Below are positions 10,513-20,408 of a stretch of DNA of 64,000 bases, one piece after another; the stretch's first letter is position 1; every line of letters starts with the position of its first letter. The notes under the pieces are model-generated. The model worked only from the letters and a program-made list of their open reading frames with translations. It had not been told where the DNA came from and ran no database searches. This stretch comes from Gemmatimonadota bacterium (lineage in GTDB: Bacteria; Gemmatimonadota; Gemmatimonadetes; Longimicrobiales; Gaopeijiaceae). A program made the position numbers and the translations under genes. The stretch is taken from the NCBI GenBank assembly GCA_013002885.1, contig JABDLS010000047.1, positions 17,351 through 81,350 of the forward strand, given 5' to 3'.

Positions 10513-10953
10513 ATGCCAAGCGATCTGAAGAGTCGAATCCAGGCGGACCTCAACGCCGCTCGCAAGGATCGGGACAAGCTCCGCACCCTGGTTCTTTCCA
10601 CGGCCTTGTCGGAGATCCGAAACAAGGAGATCGACGAGGGCGGGGAGTTGGGCGATGACGGAGTGGTGACCGTCGTCAGCCGTGCCATCAAGCAGCGGAA
10701 AGACGCTTCGGAGCAGATGCGGGCAGCGGGCCGCGACGAGCTCGCTGACAATGAGGACGCTCAGTCCGAGGTCCTCGGTGAGTACCTGCCCGAAGGACTC
10801 TCGGACGATGAGGTCCGAGTCATGGTCCGAGAGATCATCGATTCGGGGACGGATCAGATGGGCCCCTTGATGGGCCGTCTCATGCCCCAGTTGCGCGGCC
10901 GCTTCGACGGGAAGGAGGCGAACCGGATCGTCCGCGAGGAGTTGGCGGGGTGA
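10513..10953 (+). CDS. GatB/YqeY domain-containing protein
   Basis: 146 aa. LKSRIQADLNAARKDRDKLRTLVLSTALSEIRNKEID is typical of the YqeY family. Confidence 0.85.
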   Translation: MPSDLKSRIQADLNAARKDRDKLRTLVLSTALSEIRNKEIDEGGELGDDGVVTVVSRAIKQRKDASEQMRAAGRDELADNEDAQSEVLGEYLPEGLSDDEVRVMVREIIDSGTDQMGPLMGRLMPQLRGRFDGKEANRIVREELAG

Positions 10954-10984
10954 TCCGGACCTGCCGTAGCGGCGTCTGGCCCCG

Positions 10985-13384
10985 ATGAACGCCCACGCGC
11001 TCGACGTTCTGGAGTTCGAGCGCGTCCTGGAGCGGGTGGCCCGGCGCGCGGCCAGCAAGCCGGGTCGCGCCCGAATCCGGGCGCTTCGCCCGTCCGACGA
11101 TCCCGCTTTTGTGCGCCGGGAGTTGCGACGCGTGACGGCGGTTCAGCGTTTCGTGGAGGATCGCCCTGAATGGGTGCCGGGGGTCATCCCAGACGTCCGC
11201 GAGGACCTCTCACAACTGCGTGTGGATGGGGCGGTCCTCGAGCCTCTTGGACTCCACCGCATCGGTGTCGTGCTGGGAACGTCGCGGAGCCTTCTCAGGT
11301 CGCTCTCCGGCGAGGACGCCTACCCGGAACTCGGAAGTGTCACCGAGCGATTGGTGGACCTCGGGGAGCTCGAGGATCTTCTGGCCCGCTCCGTGGACGA
11401 AGAAGGAAACGTCTCCAGTCGTGCCTCCCGGGAGCTGAAGCAGATCCGGGATCGTCTCCGGGGTGCCCAGGCCCGGATCGTGAGAAAGCTCGAAGCGTAC
11501 CTGAGCACCCTTCCTGAACGCTTCCTGGTCGGCGACGCCTCGGTAACGATCCGTGAAGGTCGCTACGTGATCCCCGTGAGACGGGAGGGGAAGGGCCAGG
11601 TCGGAGGGATCGTCCACGACGAGTCCCAGACGGGGGCCACCCTCTACATCGAGCCACCGGTCGCCATCGAGGCCACGAACGAGCTTCGGAGCCTGGAGCG
11701 GGAAGAGGCTCGGGAGATTCGCCGGATCCTGGGCGATCTCACCGGGCGGGTCGCGACCCACGGACCGTCGGTGCAAGGAACGTTCGATGCCCTGGTGGAT
11801 TTCGACTCTCTCTATGCCCGGGCCCGCGCGGCGCGAGTGTGGAAGGCCACGGCGCCGGAGATCCTCGATGGCCCGGCGCGCGGTCTCGTGCTCCGTGAGG
11901 CGCGTCACCCCCTCCTGATGGAGGGAGGTGAAGGCGAGGTCGTGCCGTACGATTTGCTTCTCGACGAGGACGAGCGCTGTCTCGTGGTTTCGGGCCCCAA
12001 TACGGGCGGTAAGAGCGTGTTCCTCAAGGCCACTGGCCTCATCGCGGCGTTGGCCCAGAGCGGTGTGATTCCGCCGGTGGGTCCGAAAACGCGACTTCCC
12101 CTCTTCCGGTCGTTCTTCGCCGACATCGGCGACGAACAGTCCATCGCGCGCAACCTCTCCACCTTCTCGGCTCACTTGGAGAACCTGGCCCGGATCGTCG
12201 CTGACGCCGACGACTCCAGCCTCGTCCTGATCGACGAGATGGGGACGGGGACCGATCCGGCGGAGGGCGCGGCGCTGGCGCGCGCTATCCTGGAGGAACT
12301 CGTCGCCAGGGGTGCCATGACGATCGTCTCCTCCCACCTGGGAGATCTCAAGCGGTTGGACGGTGAGGGCAGCCGAATCGTCAACGCGTCCCTCCAGTTC
12401 GACTCGGAGCGGATGGAACCCACCTACCGGCTGGTAAAGGGCAGGCCTGGCCGAAGCTATGGGCTGGCGATCGCTCGACGGCTCGGCTTTTCCGTCGACG
12501 TGCTGGACCGCGCAGAGGCCTACGTAGGGGAAGGGGAGGCCAGCCTCGAAGACGTGCTCGAGCGCCTCGAACAGAAGGAGCGCGAGGTTGAGGAGCTGCT
12601 CCACCAACTCGAGGTCGAGCGTGCGCGAACCGAGCGCCTGAGCAGCGAGGTCGAGGGTCGTGCGGAGACACTCCGTGAGGCCGAGCGCACCGCCGAGGAT
12701 CGTGCCCGCACCGAAGCGCGCCAGATGCTCCTCGACGCCCGCGAGGAGGTCGAGCGCGCCATCGTCGACCTCCGAGCTGCCGTGGAGGCGGGCGCGCCTC
12801 TCGACGAGGCGGCGACCGGGGCCCGCAGTCGGGTGGAGGCTGCTGCCCGGACCCACCGAGCGGAGCGGGAGCGACTCGCGGAAGAGGAGCAGGGCGGCGA
12901 ATCGGGGGCACGTGTAGAGGAGATCGCCAGGGGGGCACGGGTTCGACTCCGTTCTACGGGGGCGAAGGGCATCGTAGCCGAGCTCCGAGACGACCGCGTC
13001 GTCGTGGAGGTGGGCTCGTTGAAGTTCGAGGTAGCGACGACGGAGGTGGACCCCATCGCCTCCGCCGGCCAAGGGACGTCGTCAGGGGCGGCCGGCGGCC
13101 GGAGTGGAGGCGGTTGGAAAGGGCCGGATCGGGGTCAGGCTCGGCTGGAGATCGACCTTCGCGGCCTCCGCGTCGACGAGATGGAGCTCGAGCTCACCAG
13201 GGCCCTGGACCAGGCTGTCCTGGAAGATCTGTCTCAACTCCGCATCATCCACGGGAAGGGGACGGGCGCTCTTCGGAGCCGGGTCGGGGAGATGCTACGG
13301 TCCGATGGCCGAGTGGATGACTTCCGCATGGGGGCGCCGGGAGAGGGCGGCGCCGGCGTCACCGTCGCCATGTTCTCGAAATGA
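10985..13384 (+). CDS. mutS2: endonuclease MutS2 (MutS-family ATPase with C-terminal Smr domain)
   Basis: Walker A SGPNTGGKS, Walker B LVLIDEMGTGTDP, long coiled coil. Smr domain LEIDLRGLRVDE...IIHGKGTGALR. Confidence 0.95.
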   Translation: MNAHALDVLEFERVLERVARRAASKPGRARIRALRPSDDPAFVRRELRRVTAVQRFVEDRPEWVPGVIPDVREDLSQLRVDGAVLEPLGLHRIGVVLGTSRSLLRSLSGEDAYPELGSVTERLVDLGELEDLLARSVDEEGNVSSRASRELKQIRDRLRGAQARIVRKLEAYLSTLPERFLVGDASVTIREGRYVIPVRREGKGQVGGIVHDESQTGATLYIEPPVAIEATNELRSLEREEAREIRRILGDLTGRVATHGPSVQGTFDALVDFDSLYARARAARVWKATAPEILDGPARGLVLREARHPLLMEGGEGEVVPYDLLLDEDERCLVVSGPNTGGKSVFLKATGLIAALAQSGVIPPVGPKTRLPLFRSFFADIGDEQSIARNLSTFSAHLENLARIVADADDSSLVLIDEMGTGTDPAEGAALARAILEELVARGAMTIVSSHLGDLKRLDGEGSRIVNASLQFDSERMEPTYRLVKGRPGRSYGLAIARRLGFSVDVLDRAEAYVGEGEASLEDVLERLEQKEREVEELLHQLEVERARTERLSSEVEGRAETLREAERTAEDRARTEARQMLLDAREEVERAIVDLRAAVEAGAPLDEAATGARSRVEAAARTHRAERERLAEEEQGGESGARVEEIARGARVRLRSTGAKGIVAELRDDRVVVEVGSLKFEVATTEVDPIASAGQGTSSGAAGGRSGGGWKGPDRGQARLEIDLRGLRVDEMELELTRALDQAVLEDLSQLRIIHGKGTGALRSRVGEMLRSDGRVDDFRMGAPGEGGAGVTVAMFSK

Positions 13385-13397
13385 TCGGAGCGAGTCG

Positions 13398-15209
13398 GTG
13401 ATCCCCGACGACGTCATCGACGAGGTCCGTGCCAGGGCGGACATCGTGGACATCATCGGGGAGTTCGTGCCCCTGAAGAAGGCGGGAAGGGAATTTAAAG
13501 CCTGCTGCCCATTCCACGAGGAGCGGACGCCGAGCTTCTACGTGGTGCCCGACAAGGGCTTCTACAACTGCTTCGGGTGCGGAAAATCGGGGAGCGTCTT
13601 CGACTTCCTCATGGAGCGCCAGGGTATGGACTTCGTCGAGGCGGTGAAGCACGTAGCCGGGAGGGCAGGCGTGGAGGTGAGGGAGGTGAAGAAGTCGCGG
13701 CCGGAGGACGACCCCAATCGACCGCTGTACGAGATCAACGGCTTCGCCCGGCAGTGGTACCGTGAGCAACTCCTCTCGGACGGAGGAAAGTCGGCGCGAG
13801 GATACCTCGAGGGGAGGGGGATCGGCCCGGAAGTCGCAGACCGCTTCAGCGTCGGTTACGCCCCCGACGAGTGGCGGGCGTTCAGGGAGGCCGCGCAGAA
13901 GCACGGCTTCGATGAGGAGCACATGCTCCTCCTGGGTCTCCTGAAGAAGACGGACAAGACGCCGGAGCCGTACGACGGATACCGCGGCCGGGTCATGTTC
14001 CCCATCGAGAGCATCTCGGGAAGGGTCATCGGCTTCGGCGGGCGCATTCTCGACGGTGAGGGCCCGAAATACATCAACTCGCCCGAGACACCCATCTACC
14101 ACAAGAGCGACAATCTGTACGGCCTCTCATGGGCGAAGAACGTCATTCGCCGTGAAGAGGTCGCGGTTGTCGTGGAGGGGTACATGGACGTGGTCTCGGT
14201 GGCCGCGTCGGGCATCGAGAACGTGGTGGCGTTCCTCGGAACGGCGGTCACTGCCGGTCAGGCGAAACTCTTGGGTCGCTACACCACCAAGGTCCTCCTC
14301 CTCTTCGACTCCGACGCGGCGGGATTGAAGGCCACCTTCAAGGCAGGCGACCTACTCCTCGAGGCCGGCCTCCACCCTGCGGTGGTCACGCTGCCTCCGG
14401 GAGAGGACCCCGACACCCTCGTACGTTCTGAGGGAAGGGAGGCTCTCCAAGAGCTCATGGAGCAAGCCGTCGACGTCCTCGACCGCAAGCTTCAGATCCT
14501 GGAAGAGAAGGACTACTTCTCGTCGATCGAGCGGACGCGCTCTGCCGTCGATCGTCTTCTTCCGACCCTCCGTGCGGCGAAGGATCCGATTCTCCGAGAC
14601 ATATACGTCGATAGGGTCGCCGACCGAACCGGCGTCCGTCGGGCGATGCTCGACGCCGAGTTGGCGAAGAAAGACGAGGAAGACGCGAAGAGGGCGAGGC
14701 ACACTTCGTCGGGTCCCGGTCGAGGCTTCGGATCCCGTCCGCCCTATTCGGCCCCCGTGCTGGGCGGAGGCGCTCCGTCGGGAGGCGCCGAGCCTCAGCT
14801 GCTCAAGGTGATGGTGCGCGGTGTCGAGTGGGTGGAGCGGGCCGCCGAACTGATCTCCCCCGAGGACTTTGACGATCCGCACTACAAGGCCATCTTTGAG
14901 GCGCTCCTCGAAGAACCGGAGTTGCGCGCTCCGCCGGCGACCATGGAACCAGTGGCATGCCAACGGTTCGATGACATCCTCGCCGATCCGGAAGAGCTAG
15001 CGCACGGACTCGACGTCTTCACGAACTCCGTCAATCGGATTCGCGTGTCGGCACTCGACCGCCGGATTCAGGATCTGCAAAGCCAGATCGAAGCGGCGGC
15101 GGGTGACGATCGGAAGCTCGAGTTGATGGCCACGAAGTCGAAGTTGGCTGCGGAGCTTCGAGAGCTGGACCCGCGGTACTGGGCGTCGGCGGTACGTCGG
15201 CGCCCCTGA
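13398..15209 (+). CDS. dnaG: DNA primase
   Basis: Zinc-binding CCPFHEERTPSFYV...CFGCG. TOPRIM VVVEGYMDV and LFDSDAAG. GTG 13398 chosen because the track start 13104 overlaps mutS2. Confidence 0.95.
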   Translation: MIPDDVIDEVRARADIVDIIGEFVPLKKAGREFKACCPFHEERTPSFYVVPDKGFYNCFGCGKSGSVFDFLMERQGMDFVEAVKHVAGRAGVEVREVKKSRPEDDPNRPLYEINGFARQWYREQLLSDGGKSARGYLEGRGIGPEVADRFSVGYAPDEWRAFREAAQKHGFDEEHMLLLGLLKKTDKTPEPYDGYRGRVMFPIESISGRVIGFGGRILDGEGPKYINSPETPIYHKSDNLYGLSWAKNVIRREEVAVVVEGYMDVVSVAASGIENVVAFLGTAVTAGQAKLLGRYTTKVLLLFDSDAAGLKATFKAGDLLLEAGLHPAVVTLPPGEDPDTLVRSEGREALQELMEQAVDVLDRKLQILEEKDYFSSIERTRSAVDRLLPTLRAAKDPILRDIYVDRVADRTGVRRAMLDAELAKKDEEDAKRARHTSSGPGRGFGSRPPYSAPVLGGGAPSGGAEPQLLKVMVRGVEWVERAAELISPEDFDDPHYKAIFEALLEEPELRAPPATMEPVACQRFDDILADPEELAHGLDVFTNSVNRIRVSALDRRIQDLQSQIEAAAGDDRKLELMATKSKLAAELRELDPRYWASAVRRRP

Positions 15210-15235
15210 CTACTACGACCCGAACGCCTGAATCG

Positions 15236-16135
15236 ATGACGCAGCAGACCCGCACGGGCTTGAAAGAGCTTCAAAGACTGGACATGCGAATCCATTCCGC
15301 ACGTGAGCGGATTCGCGACTTCGACCCCCAGTTCGAGGAGGTCGAGGAGCCGGCACTCATTCTGGAGAGCGAGCTCGAGACGAGCAGGAATCGGCTCAAG
15401 GAGATGAAGGCCGAGGAGCGTCGCCTCGAGCGGGGCACGGAGGAAAAACGAGAGCGGGTCAAGCGTCTCGACGAGCGACTCGGCGGCGTGCGCAACCTCC
15501 GGGAAGAAGCTGCGGTGAGCGCCGAGTTGGAGATGGTGCGAAGGGCTCTGCAAAACGACGAGCAGGAGGCCATGAAGCTCATCGACCAGGTTCGGAAGGG
15601 CGAAGAGCGCGTCAGTGAGTTGGAGGCCACCTTCATGGAGGCCAGCGAACTCGTCGAGCCGAAGAAGAAGGCGCTCCTGGCCGACCGTGAGGAGGCGATC
15701 AAGGACCTCGACCTGCTCGAGAAGAAGCGAGAGGCCTTCGCCGCCGAGCTCGACCCCGAGGAGATGCGTATCTACGACGCCATTCGCGGGAAGGGTCAGC
15801 GTGCTGCCGTCGCTGAGCTCACCGAGGACGGCGCCTGTGGGAACTGCTTCGGGATCGTTCCACTCCAGCACCAGAATGAGATCCGTCACGGTGATACCCT
15901 CATCCGGTGCGAGGCCTGCGGCGTCATCCTCGCGGCGGCCGACCCGGACGAGAATGCCGGCGAGGAAGGGGGCGAAGCAGCCGCGGGTGACGTTGCGACG
16001 GCCGCCGACGCTGGCTCCGACGCAGACGGTGCGGCCGAAGATGCCTCCGACGCCGACGACGGGTCAGCTTCCGTCGAGGACTCCACCGCCGCCGTGGGTG
16101 CTTCCGACGACAGCGGGGACGACGAGGAGGAGTGA
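15236..16135 (+). CDS. coiled-coil / C4 zinc-ribbon protein (COG1579/DUF164-like) with Asp/Glu/Ala-rich tail
   Basis: About 200 aa of heptad-like charged sequence, then CGNC...x19...CEAC zinc ribbon, then a tail of about 65 aa rich in D, E, A and G. Confidence 0.8.
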   Translation: MTQQTRTGLKELQRLDMRIHSARERIRDFDPQFEEVEEPALILESELETSRNRLKEMKAEERRLERGTEEKRERVKRLDERLGGVRNLREEAAVSAELEMVRRALQNDEQEAMKLIDQVRKGEERVSELEATFMEASELVEPKKKALLADREEAIKDLDLLEKKREAFAAELDPEEMRIYDAIRGKGQRAAVAELTEDGACGNCFGIVPLQHQNEIRHGDTLIRCEACGVILAAADPDENAGEEGGEAAAGDVATAADAGSDADGAAEDASDADDGSASVEDSTAAVGASDDSGDDEEE

Positions 16136-17898
16136 GCCCGGCGGGGCAGAGCCGTGCCGTGGCCCCACTCCGGGCCCCGGATCCTCGGTGGGCCCCGTTA
16201 CGCCCCACAGACCCGGCTCTCGTGGACCAGTTGGTAGGGGCCCTCAAGCTTCCTCGATCCCTCTGCTCCATCCTCGTCGCCAGGGGGCTCGAAGACGTCG
16301 ACGCCGCCAAGCGCTTTCTGCGCCCCCGCTTGGGTCATCTGACCGATCCGGCGGCACTCGCCGACGGGTCGATCGCCGCCGGCAGGATCTCCCGAGCCAT
16401 TCGCGGCGGAGAGACCATTCTCGTTCACGGTGACTATGACGTCGACGGCATCTCTGCCGCGGCGCTGCTGACCCGTTGCCTGCGAGGGTACGGTGGTGAG
16501 GTCGTTCCATTTGTCCCCCACCGCCTCCGCGACGGCTACGACTTCTCCGGCGCCGGACTAGACGCGGCGCGACAGGTCGGGGCCACGCTCATTGTCACCG
16601 TGGATTGCGGGACCGTCGCTCACCAGGCCGTCGCCGAAGCAACGCAGGCGGGGATCGACGTCGTGGTCACGGATCACCACACCGTGGGCGACCGGCTTCC
16701 GGACGCCGTGGCGGTCGTCAATCCGCAGCGTGCCGACTGCTCATATCCGGACAAGAACCTGTGCGGAGCCGGCGTCGCCTACCGCGTGGCTGAACTCGTC
16801 GCCCGGGAGATGGAGAAGACCTCGTCCGCCGCCGGGCGGACGGACCTTTCCGAACTCCTCGATCTGGTTGCGCTTGCGACCATCGCCGACCTCGTGCCAC
16901 TGGTCGGAGAGAACCGGGTTCTGGCCCACTACGGCTTACGTCGCATGGCTGCGAGCCGTTGGCCCGGGCTCCGGGCCCTGCTGCGGGTTTCCGATGTGGC
17001 TCCCGCATCGGTGACCTCGGGACAGGTGGGGTTCCGTGTAGCACCCCGTATCAATGCGGCAGGCCGGGTGGGGGAGTCCGCCGACGCACTGCGGCTCCTT
17101 CTCACCGAAAGCGAGGAGGAGGCAGGGGTACTGGCGCAGCGACTGGACGCCCTCAACGCGGAGCGGCGCGACGAAGATCGCCGGACTCTCGACGAGGCGC
17201 TCGAGGATCTCGGACGCCGGTTCGACCCAGACACGGACTACGGAGTCGTCCTCTCGGGCGCCGACTGGCACCCAGGCGTCATCGGCATCGTCGCTTCACG
17301 AGTGGTGGAGCGGATCCATCGTCCGGTTGTCATGATCGCCATGGACGGTGCCATGGGGCGAGGGAGCGCCCGGTCGATCCCCGGCTTCCATCTCTACGAC
17401 GCCCTGGCCGAGTGCTCGGAGCACCTCGAGCGGTTCGGGGGCCACAGGCAAGCGGCAGGGATGGACGTGCCTTCCGACCGGCTCGAAGCGTTCGAGGTCG
17501 CCTTCAACGAGGTGGCCCGGACCCGGCTCGAGGGGGAGGATCTTCGACCCACGCTGACCCCCGACGCCGATCTGGTCGTCACCGACGCGGATCTCGACCT
17601 CGTCCACTGGCTCTCGTATCTGGGCCCCCACGGGATCGGCAATCCCGGCCCCCTCTTCCGCATCGCCGGGGTGGAGTTGGAGGGAGTCCGCGTGGTGGGA
17701 GAGCGCCACCTGAAAGCCACGCTTCGACAAGGGACGGGGCGGTTGAACGCCATCGGATTCGGTCTCGCCGAGCGTCACCCGCCGGAGACCCTGACTACAG
17801 GGCGCTACGATATTCTCGTCCGTCTGGAGCGCAATGATTGGCGTGGTCGAGCCAGTGTGCAGGCGAAGCTCGTGGACCTGCGCCTGTCCTCGTCGTGA
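16132..17898 (+). CDS. recJ: single-stranded-DNA-specific exonuclease RecJ
   Basis: DHH motifs VHGDYDVDGI, TVDCG and VVTDHHT. DHHA1 GGHRQAAG. GTGA overlap with the upstream stop, so the true start may be a little further downstream. Confidence 0.93.
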   Translation: MSPAGQSRAVAPLRAPDPRWAPLRPTDPALVDQLVGALKLPRSLCSILVARGLEDVDAAKRFLRPRLGHLTDPAALADGSIAAGRISRAIRGGETILVHGDYDVDGISAAALLTRCLRGYGGEVVPFVPHRLRDGYDFSGAGLDAARQVGATLIVTVDCGTVAHQAVAEATQAGIDVVVTDHHTVGDRLPDAVAVVNPQRADCSYPDKNLCGAGVAYRVAELVAREMEKTSSAAGRTDLSELLDLVALATIADLVPLVGENRVLAHYGLRRMAASRWPGLRALLRVSDVAPASVTSGQVGFRVAPRINAAGRVGESADALRLLLTESEEEAGVLAQRLDALNAERRDEDRRTLDEALEDLGRRFDPDTDYGVVLSGADWHPGVIGIVASRVVERIHRPVVMIAMDGAMGRGSARSIPGFHLYDALAECSEHLERFGGHRQAAGMDVPSDRLEAFEVAFNEVARTRLEGEDLRPTLTPDADLVVTDADLDLVHWLSYLGPHGIGNPGPLFRIAGVELEGVRVVGERHLKATLRQGTGRLNAIGFGLAERHPPETLTTGRYDILVRLERNDWRGRASVQAKLVDLRLSSS

Positions 17899-18416
17899 GG
17901 ATCATCGCCGGCCTCTGGAAGGGCCATGGCATCAAGAGCGTGAAGGGGCGTCGCGTGCGACCCACCACCGATCGGGTACGGGAGTCTTGGTTCTCCGCCC
18001 TCGGCGACGCCGTCATCGATGCCCGGGTCGTCGATCTTTTTGCTGGGTCGGGTGCCTTGGGCATCGAGGCGGCGAGTCGTGGAGCGTCGAGCGTGACTTT
18101 GGTGGAAAAGGCGCGGGCCCCGGCGGGCGTCATCCGGTCCAACATCGAACGCCTCGGGGCCGACGACGTATGCCACCTCGTGGTCGACGACGTCTTCCGG
18201 TTTCTCCGCCAATCGACCGAGCCTTTCGACCTGGCCCTCGCCGATCCGCCCTATGCGTCGGGTGAGGCCCGTCGTCTGGTCGAGCTCTACCTCCACGAAC
18301 CGTTTGCCAATGAGCTCTGGTTGGAGCATCCTGTGCGCGAAGAACTCGCTCTGCCCGAGGACGCTCGCACCCGTCGCTACGGGGACACCGCACTCACCAC
18401 CCTCTGGAGCCCATGA
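17895..18416 (+). CDS. rsmD: 16S rRNA (guanine966-N2)-methyltransferase
   Basis: IIAGLWKG..., RPTTDRVRE, DLFAGSGALGIEAASRG, DPPY. GTGA overlap with the recJ stop. Confidence 0.9.
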   Translation: MRIIAGLWKGHGIKSVKGRRVRPTTDRVRESWFSALGDAVIDARVVDLFAGSGALGIEAASRGASSVTLVEKARAPAGVIRSNIERLGADDVCHLVVDDVFRFLRQSTEPFDLALADPPYASGEARRLVELYLHEPFANELWLEHPVREELALPEDARTRRYGDTALTTLWSP

Positions 18417-18913
18417 GTCGCCCCCTCCCGGTCGTCGCCCTCTACCCAGGCTCTTTCGACCCTCTCACAGTCGGGCACGAAGACATCGTTCGCCGGGGGC
18501 TCCGGGTCGCGGATCGCATCGTCGTTGCCGTCGCCCACACCAGCACGCATGCGAAGAAGGGTCTCTTCACGGTCGATGAGCGGGTGGATCTCATCCGGGA
18601 GGTGTTCGGCGACGAGGAGCGTATCCAGCCCGTCTCCTTCTCGGGACTCCTGGTGAACTTCGCTCGGAAGCAGGGGGCCCAACTCGTGGTTCGGGGGCTA
18701 CGGGCCATTTCGGACTTCGAGTACGAGCTTCAGATGGCCCAAATGAACCAGGAGCTCTGGCCAGAGATCGAGACCATTTTTCTGGTGCCCGACGCCCAGA
18801 ACTCCTTCATTTCGTCGTCTCTGGTGCGGGAAGTGGCATCCCTCGGCGGCGACGTGTCGTCGTTCGTTTCTCCCGTGGTCCTCGAGGCGATGCGGCGAAA
18901 GCTGGCGGGATGA
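18413..18913 (+). CDS. coaD: phosphopantetheine adenylyltransferase
   Basis: YPGSFDPLTVGHEDI (T/HxGH nucleotidyltransferase motif), RGLRAISDFEYE, ISSSLVRE. ATGA overlap with rsmD. Confidence 0.95.
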   Translation: MSRPLPVVALYPGSFDPLTVGHEDIVRRGLRVADRIVVAVAHTSTHAKKGLFTVDERVDLIREVFGDEERIQPVSFSGLLVNFARKQGAQLVVRGLRAISDFEYELQMAQMNQELWPEIETIFLVPDAQNSFISSSLVREVASLGGDVSSFVSPVVLEAMRRKLAG

Positions 18914-19923
18914 CGGCCGCGAACGACGGCGGGGACTTCCTCCGCTCGCTTCGAGAGCGGGCCGCCGCGCGCAAACGGGTCGTGGTGTACCCCGAAGGCG
19001 ACGATCCGCGAATCCTCGAGGCTGCCGCCGCGTGCGTTCGCCAAGAGCTCGTCGCACCCATGCTTCTCGGCGATCAAGACCGGATTCGCGACGGGCTCAG
19101 CGAGCGAGGGGTGGACCCGGCCGGCGTGCGGGTGTCGTCCCCGGACACGGAAGCGGCGCGAACCCGCTGTCTGGCCCATGTGCGAGCCCGACGAGCCCAC
19201 AAGAACGACTCCGAGGAGGCGCTCTACTCCATGGCCGCCGATCCGCTGTTCCAGGCGGCGACCATGGTCGCCGAGGGTGAGGCCGACGGGATGGTGGCGG
19301 GGTGCGTGCGGACGACGGGTGACGTGGTTCGGGCCGGACTCGTCTGCGTGGGCCTGGCGCCCGGTATCGAGACTCTGAGCTCGTCGTTCTACATGGTTTT
19401 CGAACCCGGGCACCCCGTTGGGGCCCGGGTTCTGACGTTCACCGACGCCGGTGTCGTCCCTGGCCCGTCGTCCGACCAGCTGGCGGAAATCGCCGCGGCA
19501 GCCGTAGTTGCGCGGGCGCGGATCGTCGGCGACGACCCCCGCGTTGCCTTCCTCTCCTACTCGACCAAGGGGTCGGCCGAAGGCCCTGCTGTGGCCCCCG
19601 TCAGAGACGCACTCCACGCCTTCCGGCGGAAGATGCCCGACGTACCCGCCGACGGAGAGCTTCAAGCCGATGCCGCCCTCGACGCCGACGTGGCGGCGCG
19701 GAAGGCGCCAGGGTCACCCGTTGCCGGGCAGGCGAACGTCCTCGTTTTTCCCGACCTTTCGGCGGCCAACATCGCCTACAAGCTCGTCCAGCATCTGGGT
19801 GGTGCGGTCGCGCTGGGACCCGTGCTCCAAGGGCTGTCCCGGCCGGTCAACGACCTTTCGCGCGGCGCTGTCGCCACCGACGTGGTGGCCGTTTCATGCA
19901 TCACCGCCCTCCAGTCGGGGTGA
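18910..19923 (+). CDS. pta: phosphate acetyl/butyryltransferase (PTA_PTB-domain only)
   Basis: 337 aa with phosphotransacetylase-type segments VVYPEGDDPRILEAA, FLSYSTKGS, NVLVFPDLSAANIAYKL and DLSRGA. ATGA overlap with coaD. Confidence 0.8.
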   Translation: MTAANDGGDFLRSLRERAAARKRVVVYPEGDDPRILEAAAACVRQELVAPMLLGDQDRIRDGLSERGVDPAGVRVSSPDTEAARTRCLAHVRARRAHKNDSEEALYSMAADPLFQAATMVAEGEADGMVAGCVRTTGDVVRAGLVCVGLAPGIETLSSSFYMVFEPGHPVGARVLTFTDAGVVPGPSSDQLAEIAAAAVVARARIVGDDPRVAFLSYSTKGSAEGPAVAPVRDALHAFRRKMPDVPADGELQADAALDADVAARKAPGSPVAGQANVLVFPDLSAANIAYKLVQHLGGAVALGPVLQGLSRPVNDLSRGAVATDVVAVSCITALQSG

Positions 19924-20071
19924 CGGAGAACGCGGCCGGCCGGTCGGCGCCATCATTGCCCGTTCATTTGTTTCCTTTTTACTATTGTAGGCGTCGATCG
20001 AGACATTCTGAGTCGACGTTCTCTTCTTCTGTCCAGGCGAGACATCCCCAGCTCAAACGCTAGGAGCGTTC

Positions 20072-20404
20072 ATGAGTTTCGAGGTATCGAAGAGCGGCGA
20101 CGTGACCCTCATTGAAGTCGAGGGACAGCTCATCGTCGGGAACCGGCAGGAACTCAAGCAGCAGGTCCTCGAGCAGTTGGAAGACGGTGACAGGAAGTTC
20201 GTCATCGACTTCGCGGAGACGGGCTACATCGACTCGTCCGGGCTCGGCGTTCTGGTGAGCCTGTCGAAGAAGATCCGGGAGCAGGGCGGAGAGCTACGGC
20301 TCTCCAGCCTCAACGAAGATCTGCGCACGTTGTTCGAGTTGACCAAGCTCGACACGCTTTTTCGAATTGCCGACGATAAAGACCAGGCCCTCGAGGGGTT
20401 TTGA
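20072..20404 (+). CDS. STAS-domain anti-sigma-factor antagonist (RsbV/SpoIIAA-like)
   Basis: 110 aa. GYIDSSGLGVLVSL carries the conserved phosphorylatable Ser context. Preceded by a 148-nt comparatively AT-rich gap and AGGAG. Confidence 0.9.
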   Translation: MSFEVSKSGDVTLIEVEGQLIVGNRQELKQQVLEQLEDGDRKFVIDFAETGYIDSSGLGVLVSLSKKIREQGGELRLSSLNEDLRTLFELTKLDTLFRIADDKDQALEGF

Positions 20405-20408
20405 ACCT

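Noticed and set aside
11210-13072. 620-aa minus-strand ORF antisense to mutS2. Similar long antisense ORFs occur at 577-1602, 1746-3029, 3451-4434, 25868-27034, 28209-29360, 33754-35130, 47914-49119, 50105-51571, 52985-54373 and 54869-56392.
   Set aside because: High GC suppresses stop codons in non-coding frames. All of these lie opposite genes with unmistakable conserved motifs and have low-complexity R/G/P/S-rich translations with no recognisable domains.
15615-16433. 272-aa alternative-frame + strand ORF spanning the zinc-ribbon gene tail and the recJ start.
   Set aside because: Its translation is Arg/Pro/Ser-rich. It overlaps two genes with better coding signatures and has no start context.
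19924-20071. Specific -35/-10 or Bacteroidetes-type (TTTG / TAnnTTTG) promoter in the AT-rich gap before the STAS gene.
   Set aside because: The candidate hexamers (TTGTTT, TATTGT, TActATTG) occur with the wrong spacing. The region is probably a promoter, but I cannot place its elements reliably.
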